Shown here piece after piece: positions 1-10,786 of a stretch of DNA of 64,000 nt. Every line of letters starts with the position of its first letter. Within the stretch, counting starts at the first letter, position 1. Made by a program: the position numbers and the translations under genes. The notes beneath the pieces were generated by a model. The model worked only from the letters and a program-made list of their open reading frames with translations. It was not told where the DNA came from and searched no databases. The stretch comes from Paramoeba atlantica. Its lineage: Eukaryota; Protista; Discosea. The stretch lies in assembly GCA_977017575.1 (NCBI GenBank), contig CDRNVI010000004.1:1-64000 (forward strand). The letters are read 5' to 3'.

Positions 1-447
1 ATTGTACCCCGACACCATGTGCGTGTCCCACGTGGGGCGGTAGGCGTGGTCGTGGAGCGCGTCGTACAGCGTGGAGGGGGGGAAGGAGGGGAAGGCGGCG
101 CGGACCTTGACCATCTTAAGCGAACTGGAAGATGAAGATGAAGAAGATGAAACAGAAGATGAAGAGGTACGGGAAGACGTAGAAGTAGAAGACGGAGCAC
201 CGGAGGACGTAGAAACCATGGAAGAGGAAGAAAAAGAGGCCGTCAACGAGGAACCCCCTTTGTGGGGTTCCCGGATCCATACCACGAGACGCTCGGTGCG
301 GTGTTTTTCGCTCCAGGCGGTGTTGTCGAGGGTAAGGTTGCGGAGTTTGCGAAAGTCGGGTTTGCGGAGGAGTTTGTAGGTGATGCCGTCTTTTTCGATG
401 TGGTCGATGGGGGTGGGGGTGGGGGTGGGGGTGGGGGTGGGGGTCAT
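1..447 (-). CDS. START (StAR-related lipid transfer, STARD10/PCTP-like) domain protein, 5' part; runs off left edge; absent from ORF track
   Basis: Manual translation from ATG 447 (frame open from 567): MTPTPTPTPTPTPIDHIEKDGITYKLLRKPDFRKLRNLTLDNTAWSEKHRTERLVVWIREP-(Ser-rich insert)-LKMVKVRAAFPSFPPSTLYDALHDHAYRPTWDTHMVSGYN. Matches the START motif LYDxLHDxxYRxxWD. Confidence 0.8.
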   Translation of the reverse strand, partial: MTPTPTPTPTPTPIDHIEKDGITYKLLRKPDFRKLRNLTLDNTAWSEKHRTERLVVWIREPHKGGSSLTASFSSSSMVSTSSGAPSSTSTSSRTSSSSVSSSSSSSSSSLKMVKVRAAFPSFPPSTLYDALHDHAYRPTWDTHMVSGYN

Positions 448-1087
448 GGAGGAAAGGTCGAGTGTAGGGGGAATAAGGTTTCGGGGAATAAGGTAGGGGG
501 AATAAGGGATAGAGGTGGGTAAAGTTGATAGGCATGTTCTAGGCTTTAGGATACTGTGACCCCCCATTTAATACGGACCCCCCTGATCCCCCCTTTAATA
601 CGCATTTTTTGAAATTTTTTGGAAGGAAGTTGGAAAAGTTTCGTATTTCGTTTTTTTCATTTTTCGATTTTCATTGTTCGAGAGCACGACTCAAAGGGAT
701 GTTTGTCAGCCGAGTGATCGCTTTTGCCCCAAGTCCGTTCTCCATTGAGATCTGTAGCCGGCTACAGAATTGATACCGTATAGGACTTTAAAAAACTGGT
801 TTGCGGTGAGGCCATGTGCGGTCATCAGAAGAGGTTCCAAAAAATAAGTTTTACCGCGGTACTTTCAATCGGAGCATAACCGATGCTCTTTCTTAAGAGT
901 ACGTACCCGTGGCTCACGACCTTTCGAACAAGTAACGGCTTCATACATAAGAGCATATTTTTGTATCCGGAATACATGTATGATGCTGTCTTCCGTTGCC
1001 ATACAACGCAAAGTATAGGACCACTTATCAGTGCATGAAAAATCGGAGCAGCCCGGGCAACCCATTTAGGGTAAAAGAAGAACACTC

Positions 1088-1195
1088 GCTCCCGCGCAAC
1101 CGTCCTCACCCCGCCCAAATCCCCCTCCCCCCTTGAGCCAACCTCCCGAGCCAAATCCTTGTTACGGGGGGGTCTATTACTGGTGGGTCTACGGT
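1088..1195. mobile_element. Right-end fragment of the CCGTA-terminated MITE (homologous to 23122-23289)
   Basis: Shares cgcaaccg.cctcaccccgcccaaa, cctcccgag.caaatccttgttac.ggggg and gtctattactgg.gggtctacggTA with the element at 22975-23287, same orientation. Confidence 0.75.
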
Positions 1196-1384
1196 ATATC
1201 GGAAAAAGGCGACGCAAAATAATCGAACGTTTTACTTCCTGAAGGAAACGTCTCAGTATCCAGTACACGGTCCTGTATTCTGTAAACGGTATTACAGGAC
1301 AACATACTCCCCAGTATGTAGTACTGAACAATAATTAATGGTAATTAGATGTAGTTACAAAATTGTTGAACGCATTGGTAGACC

Positions 1385-2872
1385 TTATTTGCCGAATCCA
1401 CAGGCGCGTAGAACAGCATCTTCCACACTCTTTGCGTTCGCACGACCCACAAGCTCACGGCTCGCAGGCGTTCCGCGTTCTAAACGAGCGCGTTTACGCA
1501 CGACGAGCTCCTGGGCCGATACCCAATCGTCGTAAATGTTAGGAAGAGCGTGCCCAGTATGCGGATCTATACCCTCTGCGTAGGACAACCATAAATTATG
1601 AAGTGCATCGAGCGTTTTCGGTTTCACAAATTTCTTTTGGCCTTGCAAGCAACGTTCCAAGTGCAGTGCTAACTTTGGCGTTACTTTAGGCCATACTAAA
1701 GAAATTTCTACCTCGTAAAACGGGGTGTCTTGTCTTTCAGATAACACTGAAACAAGTGCGTTTAACGAGGGAATCCCGCGCACCGTGCGAGTCGACGGCA
1801 CTAGGGAGCCCGCGGTATAATAGTGTACCATGTGCACTACGTAGTGAAGGTATGAACGCGCGACCTCAACGTCCTCTTGTCCATCGACAATAGAAGAACC
1901 CAATCGATGGAGCAACGTGATTAACTTTTCCGAATGAACTCCGTAAGTGCTTCCCCTTCGTAGGAGCATATCTGTGCTCTGATCGTTATAACCGGACCGT
2001 TTTTTAAGTGAAGTCCAAAGTCTTGTCAAGTCCCAGTAAACGGTAATATCGTCTTTGTGATGAGTTAGAAGACCAACCTTTCCGGTAGTTTTCGAAACCG
2101 AGCGAGAGCTGTTTTTTGTGAGGTGTTTACCAAACAGAAGAACTGTTAGAAATGTAAAATCCATGCATGCATGCGGTCCTCCGATACATTCTTGAAGGTG
2201 AGCCATGTTGCAAACGTCTAGTGCCACGTCGCAACGAACGTTTTCTGCAAGCTTTTTCTGAGGTGCGCTTGGCGACAAGAGCAAGGTAGAATTGGGAAAT
2301 GGTCCTAGTAAGCAACCGAGTAACAAATCGCTATCCTCAGAAAGTAAAACGATAGGTCGTGTAGGGTCGTGCATGAAGAATGTGCGACATAAAATGAGTA
2401 ACGCTGTATCTGCTGAAACCCCTGTTGGACCTATGAATGTTACATTCGGCTCTGAGTTGTATTTTCTAGATTCTGTTTTCTTTTGCTTTCCTTTCTCATT
2501 AGCAGCGCATGAGTGTCCAGCTTGTAAAGATCCTGAGAGTATTTTACGAATTTTTCGCTCCGTAGAATCACTGTCACATACAATAACCAGATTGTGTGTC
2601 GCATCCGCAAAATTTCGTTTATGTGTACAGCTTAACTTATGCAATAGCTGAATAATTCCTTTGTCGTAAGTCGCTTGATCCTCTCGCTTCATACGCAGCT
2701 TGTCCTTTCTCCCCGAACGTCTAAGGAGATTGTCTGCATCAACCAGTATGTGTGCAGGTGGTAGACAATCAAAATTAAAAACCTCTCGACCGCCTTGGAA
2801 GAACTGTTCTACGGTGGCGAATGACTCGGAATATTCAGAACGGATGTAAGTCAGTAAACGCTGCACCCCCAT
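1385..2872 (-). CDS. Divergent XRN-family (PIN-like) 5'-3' exoribonuclease-like protein
   Basis: 495-aa ORF with MGV start, HILVDADNLL, VIVCDS, LLSEDSDLLL, MDFTFL and SYLHYVVHMVHYYTAG (XRN Y..GL.WVL.YY..G-like). The PGEGE and GND motifs are altered. Confidence 0.7.
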   Translation of the reverse strand: MGVQRLLTYIRSEYSESFATVEQFFQGGREVFNFDCLPPAHILVDADNLLRRSGRKDKLRMKREDQATYDKGIIQLLHKLSCTHKRNFADATHNLVIVCDSDSTERKIRKILSGSLQAGHSCAANEKGKQKKTESRKYNSEPNVTFIGPTGVSADTALLILCRTFFMHDPTRPIVLLSEDSDLLLGCLLGPFPNSTLLLSPSAPQKKLAENVRCDVALDVCNMAHLQECIGGPHACMDFTFLTVLLFGKHLTKNSSRSVSKTTGKVGLLTHHKDDITVYWDLTRLWTSLKKRSGYNDQSTDMLLRRGSTYGVHSEKLITLLHRLGSSIVDGQEDVEVARSYLHYVVHMVHYYTAGSLVPSTRTVRGIPSLNALVSVLSERQDTPFYEVEISLVWPKVTPKLALHLERCLQGQKKFVKPKTLDALHNLWLSYAEGIDPHTGHALPNIYDDWVSAQELVVRKRARLERGTPASRELVGRANAKSVEDAVLRACGFGK

Positions 2873-3417
2873 TCTAAGTGAAGAAGAGGAAAGGAGAGTA
2901 GTCGTTGATCAGAAAAAAATAACATCACAAAGTCCAAACTCAACTCTAGAATAATCCTTTAATTCGTGTAGTTTGATGTCGTAAGGGACAAAGTGTACAG
3001 TACTACACTCTAAAACGCATTAATAAGACGCATCTCCAAAAACGCATTAATAAGCAAGGAAGTTGAATAGATGTTGGAGTTGTACAAAGAGGAGAAAATC
3101 ATCGATGTTTCTATCTTCCTTATTGTCTCTAAGTGTGCACGTCAACATTGCTCTTTCTGAGTATTTACCCGGGGGTAAATTACCCCCATGTACGATTTGG
3201 TTCACGCAGTATATATAAGTATATATGGTGTATATATGGTGTACAAAACCGCCATAAAAGCAGTATGGAGCGGTTTACTGACGCTAAAATGCAAGAGCAT
3301 TGAATGTTCTCTGTTGTGTTTCACTCATTCTGAAGTGATTTCTTGGTTGCGCTTCAACAGTCCAAGAGCAGTGTTTAATACTGATAATGACAGTAAGGCT
3401 ACAAAACTGTAGTTGTC

Positions 3418-4035
3418 TTATGCCGTTCGATATGCAAGGTACTGTTCCAGCTTTTTTAATGCCCTTCCACGGTGAGATATTGTATTCTTTTCTTGTTGCG
3501 CCAACTCCGCAAAAGTAAGAGGCGGAAAACCGGGCTCATCAACTTGAAAAATTGGATCAAAACCAAAACCCGAAGATCCTCGAGGTTGTACAAGAGTCCC
3601 ACGTACCTCCCCATGAAATATTTTACATTCATTAGGATCGCTACTCAAGGCCAGAGCGCAAACACAAACGGCCGCGGCACCTTTTTTGTCAAACGGGTCT
3701 ACCATCTTAACGAGATCTCTTGGAGTCAGCTTTTGGAGGAACCATTTGATGTAGGGCCCGGGAAGACCTCCAAGGGCGTCAAAGCACAGACTGGCATCCT
3801 CCACCATACAAGGCGTCTGTAGAATGCGATACGCCTCGACCGCCTTTGCTCTTGCAATCTCTGAGAGGTCTTCGCCCTGTAGCTCGGGAAGGTCTAATTT
3901 TGTGGCATTTACTGTGATGCCGTATTGCGTCAGTATGTTAGATAGCTCTTCAAGCTTTCGGTCGTTTCCGGTGACAACTGTAAGTGTTTTAGTCGTGCAA
4001 ACGGGATCAGGCGCCGGTCTACATGATTGGTCCAT
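3418..4035 (-). CDS. ITPA: Inosine triphosphate pyrophosphatase (HAM1 family)
   Basis: TGNDRKLEE, DLPELQG, VEDASLCFDALGGLPGPYIKWF, GFGFDPIF, ISHRGRAL. Confidence 0.96.
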   Translation of the reverse strand: MDQSCRPAPDPVCTTKTLTVVTGNDRKLEELSNILTQYGITVNATKLDLPELQGEDLSEIARAKAVEAYRILQTPCMVEDASLCFDALGGLPGPYIKWFLQKLTPRDLVKMVDPFDKKGAAAVCVCALALSSDPNECKIFHGEVRGTLVQPRGSSGFGFDPIFQVDEPGFPPLTFAELAQQEKNTISHRGRALKKLEQYLAYRTA

Positions 4036-4541
4036 CAGTTAATTGATTACAGTTAGCCAGAATATCAGTTCTATTGAAATTCTAACTCACTGAAAACTAA
4101 GATCGTATCTTAATTTAATAATTGTATCATCGATTGAAAAGATTAAACAATACGATGATGCAAGCTGGGCACGTGGATTGTTGATTACAAAGTTTGTTGT
4201 AACAAAAAAATACATGCACATTTGTTTTCTGAAAAAGATCATCCAACTATTTTCTGTGTGAACACCACTCTTAAAGCCCTAGAATGTTCGCAGGGTAATT
4301 TTATAAATGAAAGTGTTTTGTCAAAAGTAAACAATGCTAGTCGTTTCAGCATTTAAGTTAATTTAACACAAACCAAAATATAGCTCAAAGCAAAACGAAC
4401 TAGGCAAACTAAAAAACTATGTGCCGTCTGACAATGAAGTATGGACGAATCCGTAGTTCTTCTTATAACCGAGTGGCGTACCTTCTTTTTTTAACACTTG
4501 AGCAAGAAAACGCGACTGCTCCATACTCTTCATTCTCACCG

Positions 4542-7500
4542 TCACGAGTTTCCTTCCCACACCTTTTCCAATTCTGCGCGTCTTTCTAACCCTAAATTTG
4601 TCTGAATATGATCGAGTATACTTAGGACATTATGTGAAACCTCATACAATGCACGATACGCCTCCGACACCGTCGGGGGCTCCGTCCGTTGCGCCTCCTG
4701 CAGCATCTCAATCATATGCACCGCCTGTCGCACCCACGCACACCCCACCTCCAACGCCTCCTTCATATTCTCCACAAACGGGAATTTCTCCACCAGATGC
4801 GCCAGTCTCTCCTCCGATCGACTCAGCCCGTACCCCCGGAACTCCTTCCCCATCCCCAGGACATACTCCAGCACCGCCCCCATCACGGGGGGTGGGGTAT
4901 CCTGAAACGGCAGCCGGCACAGCAACTCCCCGAGGTGCTCGTTCTCCACATCCAGCAACGAGTGATCCGCGGCCGCCACGCTCCCCACAATCGAGCGCAG
5001 ACTCCCACGAACCGCACGGGCCATGGACCAGAACGCAGCAAGGTCCATACTTAGCACCTGCGGGCGGCCCCCGGCCCCCTCTTTGGTCGTTTTCGTTGCA
5101 GCAGTCGTTGTCATCGTTGTCGTTCCCCTACCCCCCTTCGACACACGAACCGGGGAAAGCGAAAACAACCGCGCGAGAAGCAACGCGCTGCGGTTTTGAA
5201 TATCCAACTCGGCAAAACTGGCTGTGGTTTTGGGAAGAGCGGATTGGACCAGGCGCTCGGCTGCGGTTCCCCCGGGAGTACTCCGCGGGGCTGTGCCCCC
5301 GGGGGACTCCCCGGCGCCCTGGCCGGTACGAAACGGGGGGTGGGTCAGCACCTCGCGGGAGCCCTCCGTTTGTGGCAGATTGGGGTGCTGGAGCGGGACT
5401 GCGGTCATGGCACGACAACGGGCGAGCTCGATGAAGAGAACCGTGGAGGGGGCAAAGGGGTCGGGGACGGAGGCCAGGATGCGACCGTAGAGGTTGCAGG
5501 AGGTGCGCTCGTGGGGGTGGGCGGAGCGGGTGATCCCGGGGAGGGTGGAGTGGACAAAGTACCCCAGGAAGTCGAAGAGTTTGAGACAGAGGGAGGCGTA
5601 GATCTCGGCGGGTTGGGTGTACATGAAATCGTGCGGTCGGGGCTCGCGGGGGGTGCGCAGGACTTGGACCATCGAGGGCGTGGAGAGAGGACACTCCTCG
5701 GGGGACTTGAGAGGAGAAAACAAGCTCTTGTCCAGGATCCAATCACCTAATTCGGGACAAGGAGGGCGGGAGATAAGTTCGGGTTCCTTGTCGGATTGGA
5801 ACCATCGGTACCATTTGAGCTTAGCCCCTTTTCCTGTGGTGGGTCGATCTCTTTCAAACTTGGGAAGAACCCGCGAGACAACATGGGCACGGACTCGGAG
5901 CACCTCACGCAGTGCGTTCCGACATTCATGTGAATCTACAGCGGGAGGGACGTCGACTAGAGTACGATTTAGAGATGACTTAAACTCCGCGGTCGACAGA
6001 AGCCCCAGTGAGTGATGCAACAGAAGATCATCCTGAACATCTGCGAATACTTTGGTAGATTCCTCGGCGGGGTTCAACTTCTCTAGCATTCCTTCCGCAT
6101 TCAGCACGAATTCACTAGAGTGTTCCTCATGGCTTGGCGTCACACTATGTTCCCACGGATAGTACCCTGCCAACTGTTCGGGAACAGATAGCGGCTTCTC
6201 TGACGTATTCTCCAGTCCGTAGAACGAGTCGCCATCGATTTCAAGCACAACACGTTCAATTTTCGGTGTTTTTAGCCACAAAAGCATGGGCGGGCCGTAC
6301 ACACATTGAATGGCTTGACGTTCCTTAAAGAAGGCCAATTGACTTGATGCGCCTTGGGGGGCATGTAGCACGTGAATATGATTCGTGCGTCCCGGCTCCT
6401 GGCTCGCACGCCATAGAATACCCTGTACTTCCGATAAAACCTCGTCATTTTCAAGCTGAGGTACCGCGATCGTATCCAACACCCCGGTTTCCCAAGCGTC
6501 TCTTTCAACCTTAACCTTGTCAGAGACTGCATAGGTTCCGTTGGCCACACGCGCCCAAATTTTGTCTTGATACACTTTCCTTTGTTGTCCAATGGCAAGG
6601 TCACACGCTCGGATCCCATCCTCGGAGGTGATACCGCCAAACACAAACAGCATATGCATGCCAAGCCGGTCAAACTTTGCAATTTCCTCCCGAAGGACAC
6701 TTTCCAGAGTAAGGGGCACGCCTCCCGTAATCGCCACCAGAGGGTCCTGTACTTTCTGAATCCCACGCTGGAACGAGAACATCGGAGGCAGCGTAGGCTC
6801 TAGCCGACGCAGCCAGTACCGCACATCGATGCCCATCACGGCCCCGGTGAGCAAGCTGCTGGGGTGCTGCTGCAGAAACGTCTCCACATTCTGCCACAGC
6901 GGTGGGGTCCACGCGGTCTTTGTCTTGGACGGCCCATGCACGGGTTCAATCTTCAGCGTCGGGGGTGACGGCAGCAGCCCGGGAGAGACCCGCGGCAGTG
7001 GCGCCTCCGGCACCGACGGGGGTCGTGGGGTGGCGGGACATTTCAGCCCCCCCGCCGGGTGTTTCTCCGGGGCTCCCCCCTTGTTGGATTCCTGCCGCTC
7101 CACGGCTCGGGGCTCTGTACCCCGATCCCTCCCTCGCTGTACCGAACTACCACTCCCCTCACTTTTTTTAAACCCCCCTTCTTTGTGCCGTACCGGGGAG
7201 GTGGTGTGACTACTACCACTACTCCTTTCCTTTCGGAAGGCGTAGGGCGTCGGTCGGGTCTCCTGGGGAGCGGCTTGGGTCCCGGCGCGCTCATAGTACG
7301 CGCTGTGGCGCTCGGGGTATCCGGGTCGCTCATGGGAGGGCTGCGGGTACCGTGGACCGGGACCAGGTCCCCCACGTAGGGGGTAGCGTCCCCCCGCTCG
7401 GGTCTCGGGGGTTTCCTGGGAAGGTAGCCCCGGCTCTGTCGCGCGCTCCCATGGGGGGTTGTTACGGGTATTGTACATCCCGGTGCTGTTGTGGGTTGGG

Positions 7501-7904
7501 GAGCCATAGGAGCGGTAGGACGGGGAGTAGCGACCGGGTCGACTGGTGGCTCGGCGAAAACTGGTGGGTCCGCGGGATGGTGGTGGAAACGGATTCCCGG
7601 GGTTCCGGGCATCAGGGAGAGGGGTTTTCTCGGGGACGGTGGTGCTGCCGGTAGTCGTCTCCCGGGGATGGGGATAAGCATCGGTGGTTGTTGTTGTTGT
7701 TGTGGTGGTGGTGGTGGTCGAAGGGATTTCAGGATTTCGTAGTGGACGGTCATAGAGGGGGTCGGGACGGCCACGGTGATGGGAGGAGGGGTGGGGTCTG
7801 CGCGGGGGTTCGTTGGAGGAGGGCGGCGGTCGTGAGGATAGGGGGCGTCGGGAAGTGGGGGAGGAAACACGGGAAGTGGGGGAAGTGGATTCTTTATCGG
7901 ACAT
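4542..7904 (-). CDS. MKT1L: MKT1-like protein (XPG/PIN-like fold) with long low-complexity N-terminal extension (MKT1L type)
   Basis: MGIDVRYWLRRL...DPLVAITGGVPLTLESVLREEIAKFDRLGMHMLFVFGG matches the MKT1 N-domain. A ~330-aa Pro/Arg/Ser-rich extension precedes it, as in trypanosome MKT1L. Confidence 0.8.
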   Translation of the reverse strand: MSDKESTSPTSRVSSPTSRRPLSSRPPPSSNEPPRRPHPSSHHRGRPDPLYDRPLRNPEIPSTTTTTTTTTTTTDAYPHPRETTTGSTTVPEKTPLPDARNPGNPFPPPSRGPTSFRRATSRPGRYSPSYRSYGSPTHNSTGMYNTRNNPPWERATEPGLPSQETPETRAGGRYPLRGGPGPGPRYPQPSHERPGYPERHSAYYERAGTQAAPQETRPTPYAFRKERSSGSSHTTSPVRHKEGGFKKSEGSGSSVQRGRDRGTEPRAVERQESNKGGAPEKHPAGGLKCPATPRPPSVPEAPLPRVSPGLLPSPPTLKIEPVHGPSKTKTAWTPPLWQNVETFLQQHPSSLLTGAVMGIDVRYWLRRLEPTLPPMFSFQRGIQKVQDPLVAITGGVPLTLESVLREEIAKFDRLGMHMLFVFGGITSEDGIRACDLAIGQQRKVYQDKIWARVANGTYAVSDKVKVERDAWETGVLDTIAVPQLENDEVLSEVQGILWRASQEPGRTNHIHVLHAPQGASSQLAFFKERQAIQCVYGPPMLLWLKTPKIERVVLEIDGDSFYGLENTSEKPLSVPEQLAGYYPWEHSVTPSHEEHSSEFVLNAEGMLEKLNPAEESTKVFADVQDDLLLHHSLGLLSTAEFKSSLNRTLVDVPPAVDSHECRNALREVLRVRAHVVSRVLPKFERDRPTTGKGAKLKWYRWFQSDKEPELISRPPCPELGDWILDKSLFSPLKSPEECPLSTPSMVQVLRTPREPRPHDFMYTQPAEIYASLCLKLFDFLGYFVHSTLPGITRSAHPHERTSCNLYGRILASVPDPFAPSTVLFIELARCRAMTAVPLQHPNLPQTEGSREVLTHPPFRTGQGAGESPGGTAPRSTPGGTAAERLVQSALPKTTASFAELDIQNRSALLLARLFSLSPVRVSKGGRGTTTMTTTAATKTTKEGAGGRPQVLSMDLAAFWSMARAVRGSLRSIVGSVAAADHSLLDVENEHLGELLCRLPFQDTPPPVMGAVLEYVLGMGKEFRGYGLSRSEERLAHLVEKFPFVENMKEALEVGCAWVRQAVHMIEMLQEAQRTEPPTVSEAYRALYEVSHNVLSILDHIQTNLGLERRAELEKVWEGNS

Positions 7905-8177
7905 GATGGGAAGTGGGGAATGTAAAAGGAATAAGACAAAAATTCTATTGATAATACAGCAGGAAGCTAACTGAATTTAAAGTTGTTGCTCTTCCATTTC
8001 TGAAGGAATTTTTGCCCTTTTTTCGGACATACATCGTAGTACATGTACAGATACATGTACTACGAATAGAAATATGAGTAATGAGAAAATATGAGTCATG
8101 CTTTTTCTGTTTCAATAGCGGCATACGCATACGACTCCACAGTCACGTGCACATAAGGCGTATGAGGTGTTATCACC

Positions 8178-8924
8178 TCACAGAAAACTATCTTGCAAAA
8201 TTATAATCGTGTCTGTAGCGGAATTGACATGATAACCTGTCACTCGAGGATCTACAAAAATTTCATAATCATTTCCACCCACATAAGTTTTGTCGCCAAA
8301 GAAATGTATGGCGGAAACTCTCTTATCTTCTGTCAGAAAAGGCAAGCAGTACGTCTTGTCCCAACCCTTGGGAAAGATATCAATCGAAATTTGACCACCT
8401 ATGCTGAATTGTAAGTGATATTCATCACCGTATGCATTGCGTAACACCTCGATCAAACGTTTACGAACGTTATTTGTCTTGTCATACAATTCGAAAGCTT
8501 CGCGTTCGGCCTGGGTACAATTCCGACCGATGGGACTCACATTTATAAGACCTTTACGCAGCTCAAAAAATGTTCCCCTCTTCTGCGGTATATCCAAATC
8601 GGCAATGGCACGCAGTGTCTCATTTACAATTTTCTTCATCTTATCCTCTCCAAGGTGTGTTGTTAGGGACTGCTCGTGTAAGACTTGCCCACTATCAAAG
8701 GAATACAGCCCGTTTTCTGAAAATACGTAGTCAAACTGATCCAGAACGTCGGTGCCGAGCTGTTCGCGTTGCTTCGCTAGATCTGATCCTCCTACAATAG
8801 CGATAAGATATTTCTTCCGCAGCGCCTGAAGCAAGCCTTTCATTTCCAGTGTAGCTGGGGCGCGAGGAATAGTCAATGTACCATCAACATCAAACAGTAG
8901 GCATATCTCACGGGCACCGGACAT
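8178..8924 (-). CDS. PMM: Phosphomannomutase (HAD family)
   Basis: FDVDGTLT, VGGSDL, FSENGL, KRGTFFELRKGLINVSPIGRN, FSIGGQISIDIFPKGWDKTYCL, FFGDKT...GGNDYEI. ATG 8924 chosen as start. Confidence 0.96.
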   Translation of the reverse strand: MSGAREICLLFDVDGTLTIPRAPATLEMKGLLQALRKKYLIAIVGGSDLAKQREQLGTDVLDQFDYVFSENGLYSFDSGQVLHEQSLTTHLGEDKMKKIVNETLRAIADLDIPQKRGTFFELRKGLINVSPIGRNCTQAEREAFELYDKTNNVRKRLIEVLRNAYGDEYHLQFSIGGQISIDIFPKGWDKTYCLPFLTEDKRVSAIHFFGDKTYVGGNDYEIFVDPRVTGYHVNSATDTIIILQDSFL

Positions 8925-9099
8925 TGAGTAACTGTAGAGTGAGAGGTAGACAGAAAAAAGAAACTGACAATAAATCAAGTAACTGACCATCCTCAGTGTT
9001 ACCCAATGGGCCCCGACATAATTCATAAGTGAGTGCTCACATTAACAAAAGTGCACATCTTACCCACCTCATTCAATGAACAAGCCACCGTTGCCTTCA

Positions 9100-9534
9100 T
9101 CACATGCCCGTGTCTTTCTCTACCTGTTTTTTCTGACCTCTCCTCCTCGATGTCGAGGAGCGTCGTAGGAAATTCTCATAATGCGATGCGGGAAAAAGAT
9201 CCAACCGCAGCGAGTCGACGTGAAGGCTTTCCGATCCCACCCCGCTCTCCCGTGCGAGCTCTATATCCACATCCCGGAGTAACACCGTCGTGTGGCCGTC
9301 AATAATCCGATAGACGGGGTACTCGAGCGTACGGGGCACAGGGGCACGGAGCGTGGCCCTGTGATTCGGGGTAAGATCTTTCAGAACAGTATTCATGGTT
9401 TCCACGAAACACTGTCGAAGGCTGGTAATCACCTCCCCAGGCAACGCCTCGGGGCCGTACTGCTCGATGAGTTGTCCTATGGAGGATTCCAGGGCGGTGG
9501 CAAGCGAGGTGTGGTGATAGGGGTAGGGGTCCAT
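9100..9534 (-). CDS. GTF2A2: Transcription initiation factor IIA gamma (small) subunit
   Basis: YHHTSLATALESSIGQLI (cf. YRxTTLGxSLxxSLDELI), CFVETMNTVL, YRIIDGHTTVLLRDVDI (cf. YRFCDNVWTFVLxDVEF). Confidence 0.8.
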   Translation of the reverse strand: MDPYPYHHTSLATALESSIGQLIEQYGPEALPGEVITSLRQCFVETMNTVLKDLTPNHRATLRAPVPRTLEYPVYRIIDGHTTVLLRDVDIELARESGVGSESLHVDSLRLDLFPASHYENFLRRSSTSRRRGQKKQVEKDTGM

Positions 9535-9850
9535 TTGAGGGAAAAGATGGACAGGGTGGTTGTAAAAAGATGGAAAAATAACATATACTAAATGAGAAAT
9601 TAGTCACAGAAGGTGTTTATATAAAAGGTTGATAATATCTAGATAATTACACTCAAATTCATGGTGCACATTGTACTCTTGCGCACATTATGGACGAGGG
9701 TCAAAATCCTCATTCATGTTTAAAAGAAGTTTCATTATACATTTCAGTGTTCCGTTATTGGTACACTGAAAATTTAGAAAATGAGAGCCATACAGAACCG
9801 TAAATGGCGCATGCCATTTTTTCTTAGTTTCCAGCTAGAGTTCATTTTCT

Positions 9851-10447
9851 TTATTTTTGTTGCTTCCTGTGGACCCCTTCATTGTATACTCGTGCCATAT
9901 TCACCTCAAGAACTATAATTTGTTCACGCAAGAACGCTAAATCTTCCGCAATCACAACTAAATTCTCTGTACAGGATGACAAATTTTTCTGCAACAGTGT
10001 CAAGGCCTCCGGAAGCTCATATTCCGCCATAACATTTGCGCCGAGCCACAGCCCGACCTTTGGGGATGAATCTGTTTTTCTGGGGTGAAGCACTGCATCA
10101 ACGAACGTCGTCTCGGTAAGAGCAAAGGAGACGGGAATGTCGCAAGTACGACTCGCCTGGTCGGCGACCTGCTTTTCTAAAAATTGCAGTGCTTCCAAGG
10201 TTTTTTCTATTTCTGGCTCTTTCGCACTCAGTGCAGACTTTCGCTGCTGGAGTTTCGTCTCGAGGAGCTTGTATTTACTGTATTCACGTTGGAGCTCGTT
10301 GAGAAGGTCTTCCGTGGTGATGCTCTTTTCGCTTACATGACTTCGGACATGCTGCAGAAAAGTTACACGTGGGATGCCTCGAGCATTGGTATATTTCTCA
10401 CTAAATTCTGCACTTTCCGGAGAATAAGCTACCTCGGATGCACTCAT
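9851..10447 (-). CDS. PFDN3: Prefoldin subunit 3
   Basis: NARGIPRVTF, YSKYKLLE, PEIEKTLEAL, VGLWLGANVMAEY, LAFLREQIIVLEVNMARVYN. Confidence 0.95.
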   Translation of the reverse strand: MSASEVAYSPESAEFSEKYTNARGIPRVTFLQHVRSHVSEKSITTEDLLNELQREYSKYKLLETKLQQRKSALSAKEPEIEKTLEALQFLEKQVADQASRTCDIPVSFALTETTFVDAVLHPRKTDSSPKVGLWLGANVMAEYELPEALTLLQKNLSSCTENLVVIAEDLAFLREQIIVLEVNMARVYNEGVHRKQQK

Positions 10448-10786
10448 ATATTCATATATTAAGCACTCATATATTAATCTAGGGGAGTAAAAGGAAGTCC
10501 AAAAAACAGAACGCTGCCCTAAAGTAGGATGAAATATATTACAAGTAATCTATTGGCTAACTCTAGAAGCGTTACCTCTACATTTACTTCTCTTTGGTGT
10601 ATGATGAATATGAGCCGAATATTGTTTTTTCCTACAAAAACGGGAAACCCATTCAACACCTGAACCATTCAAGTGGGCAACCCATTTAAGCCACCGGAAC
10701 AACGACATACTATCTCGATCGCTCCCTCAGCATGCACAACTCAACATCCCGAATTCCTCTTTCACCCCCCCTACCCACTCTCCCTC

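Noticed and set aside
71-535. ORF-track entries 71..379, 116..535 and 262..522, and the (GGGGGT)n run as a regulatory G-quadruplex
   Set aside because: The real frame is the START-domain ORF, and the G-run is simply the antisense of its Thr-Pro codons.
825-1331. 168-aa minus-strand ORF
   Set aside because: It overlaps a MITE fragment, has a non-ATG start and shows no motif.
3008-3055. Short direct repeat aaaacgcattaataag x2; also accgaacccgc x2 at ~54001 and a hairpin at ~4124-4163
   Set aside because: Isolated short intergenic duplications or stems with no supporting context.
4598-7939. Long overlapping or antisense ORFs over MKT1L; the same applies over Nup58-like, HRD1, SAMHD1 and pseudokinase 1
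   Set aside because: Shadow ORFs produced by GC-rich sequence; low-complexity Pro/Gly/Arg products without motifs.
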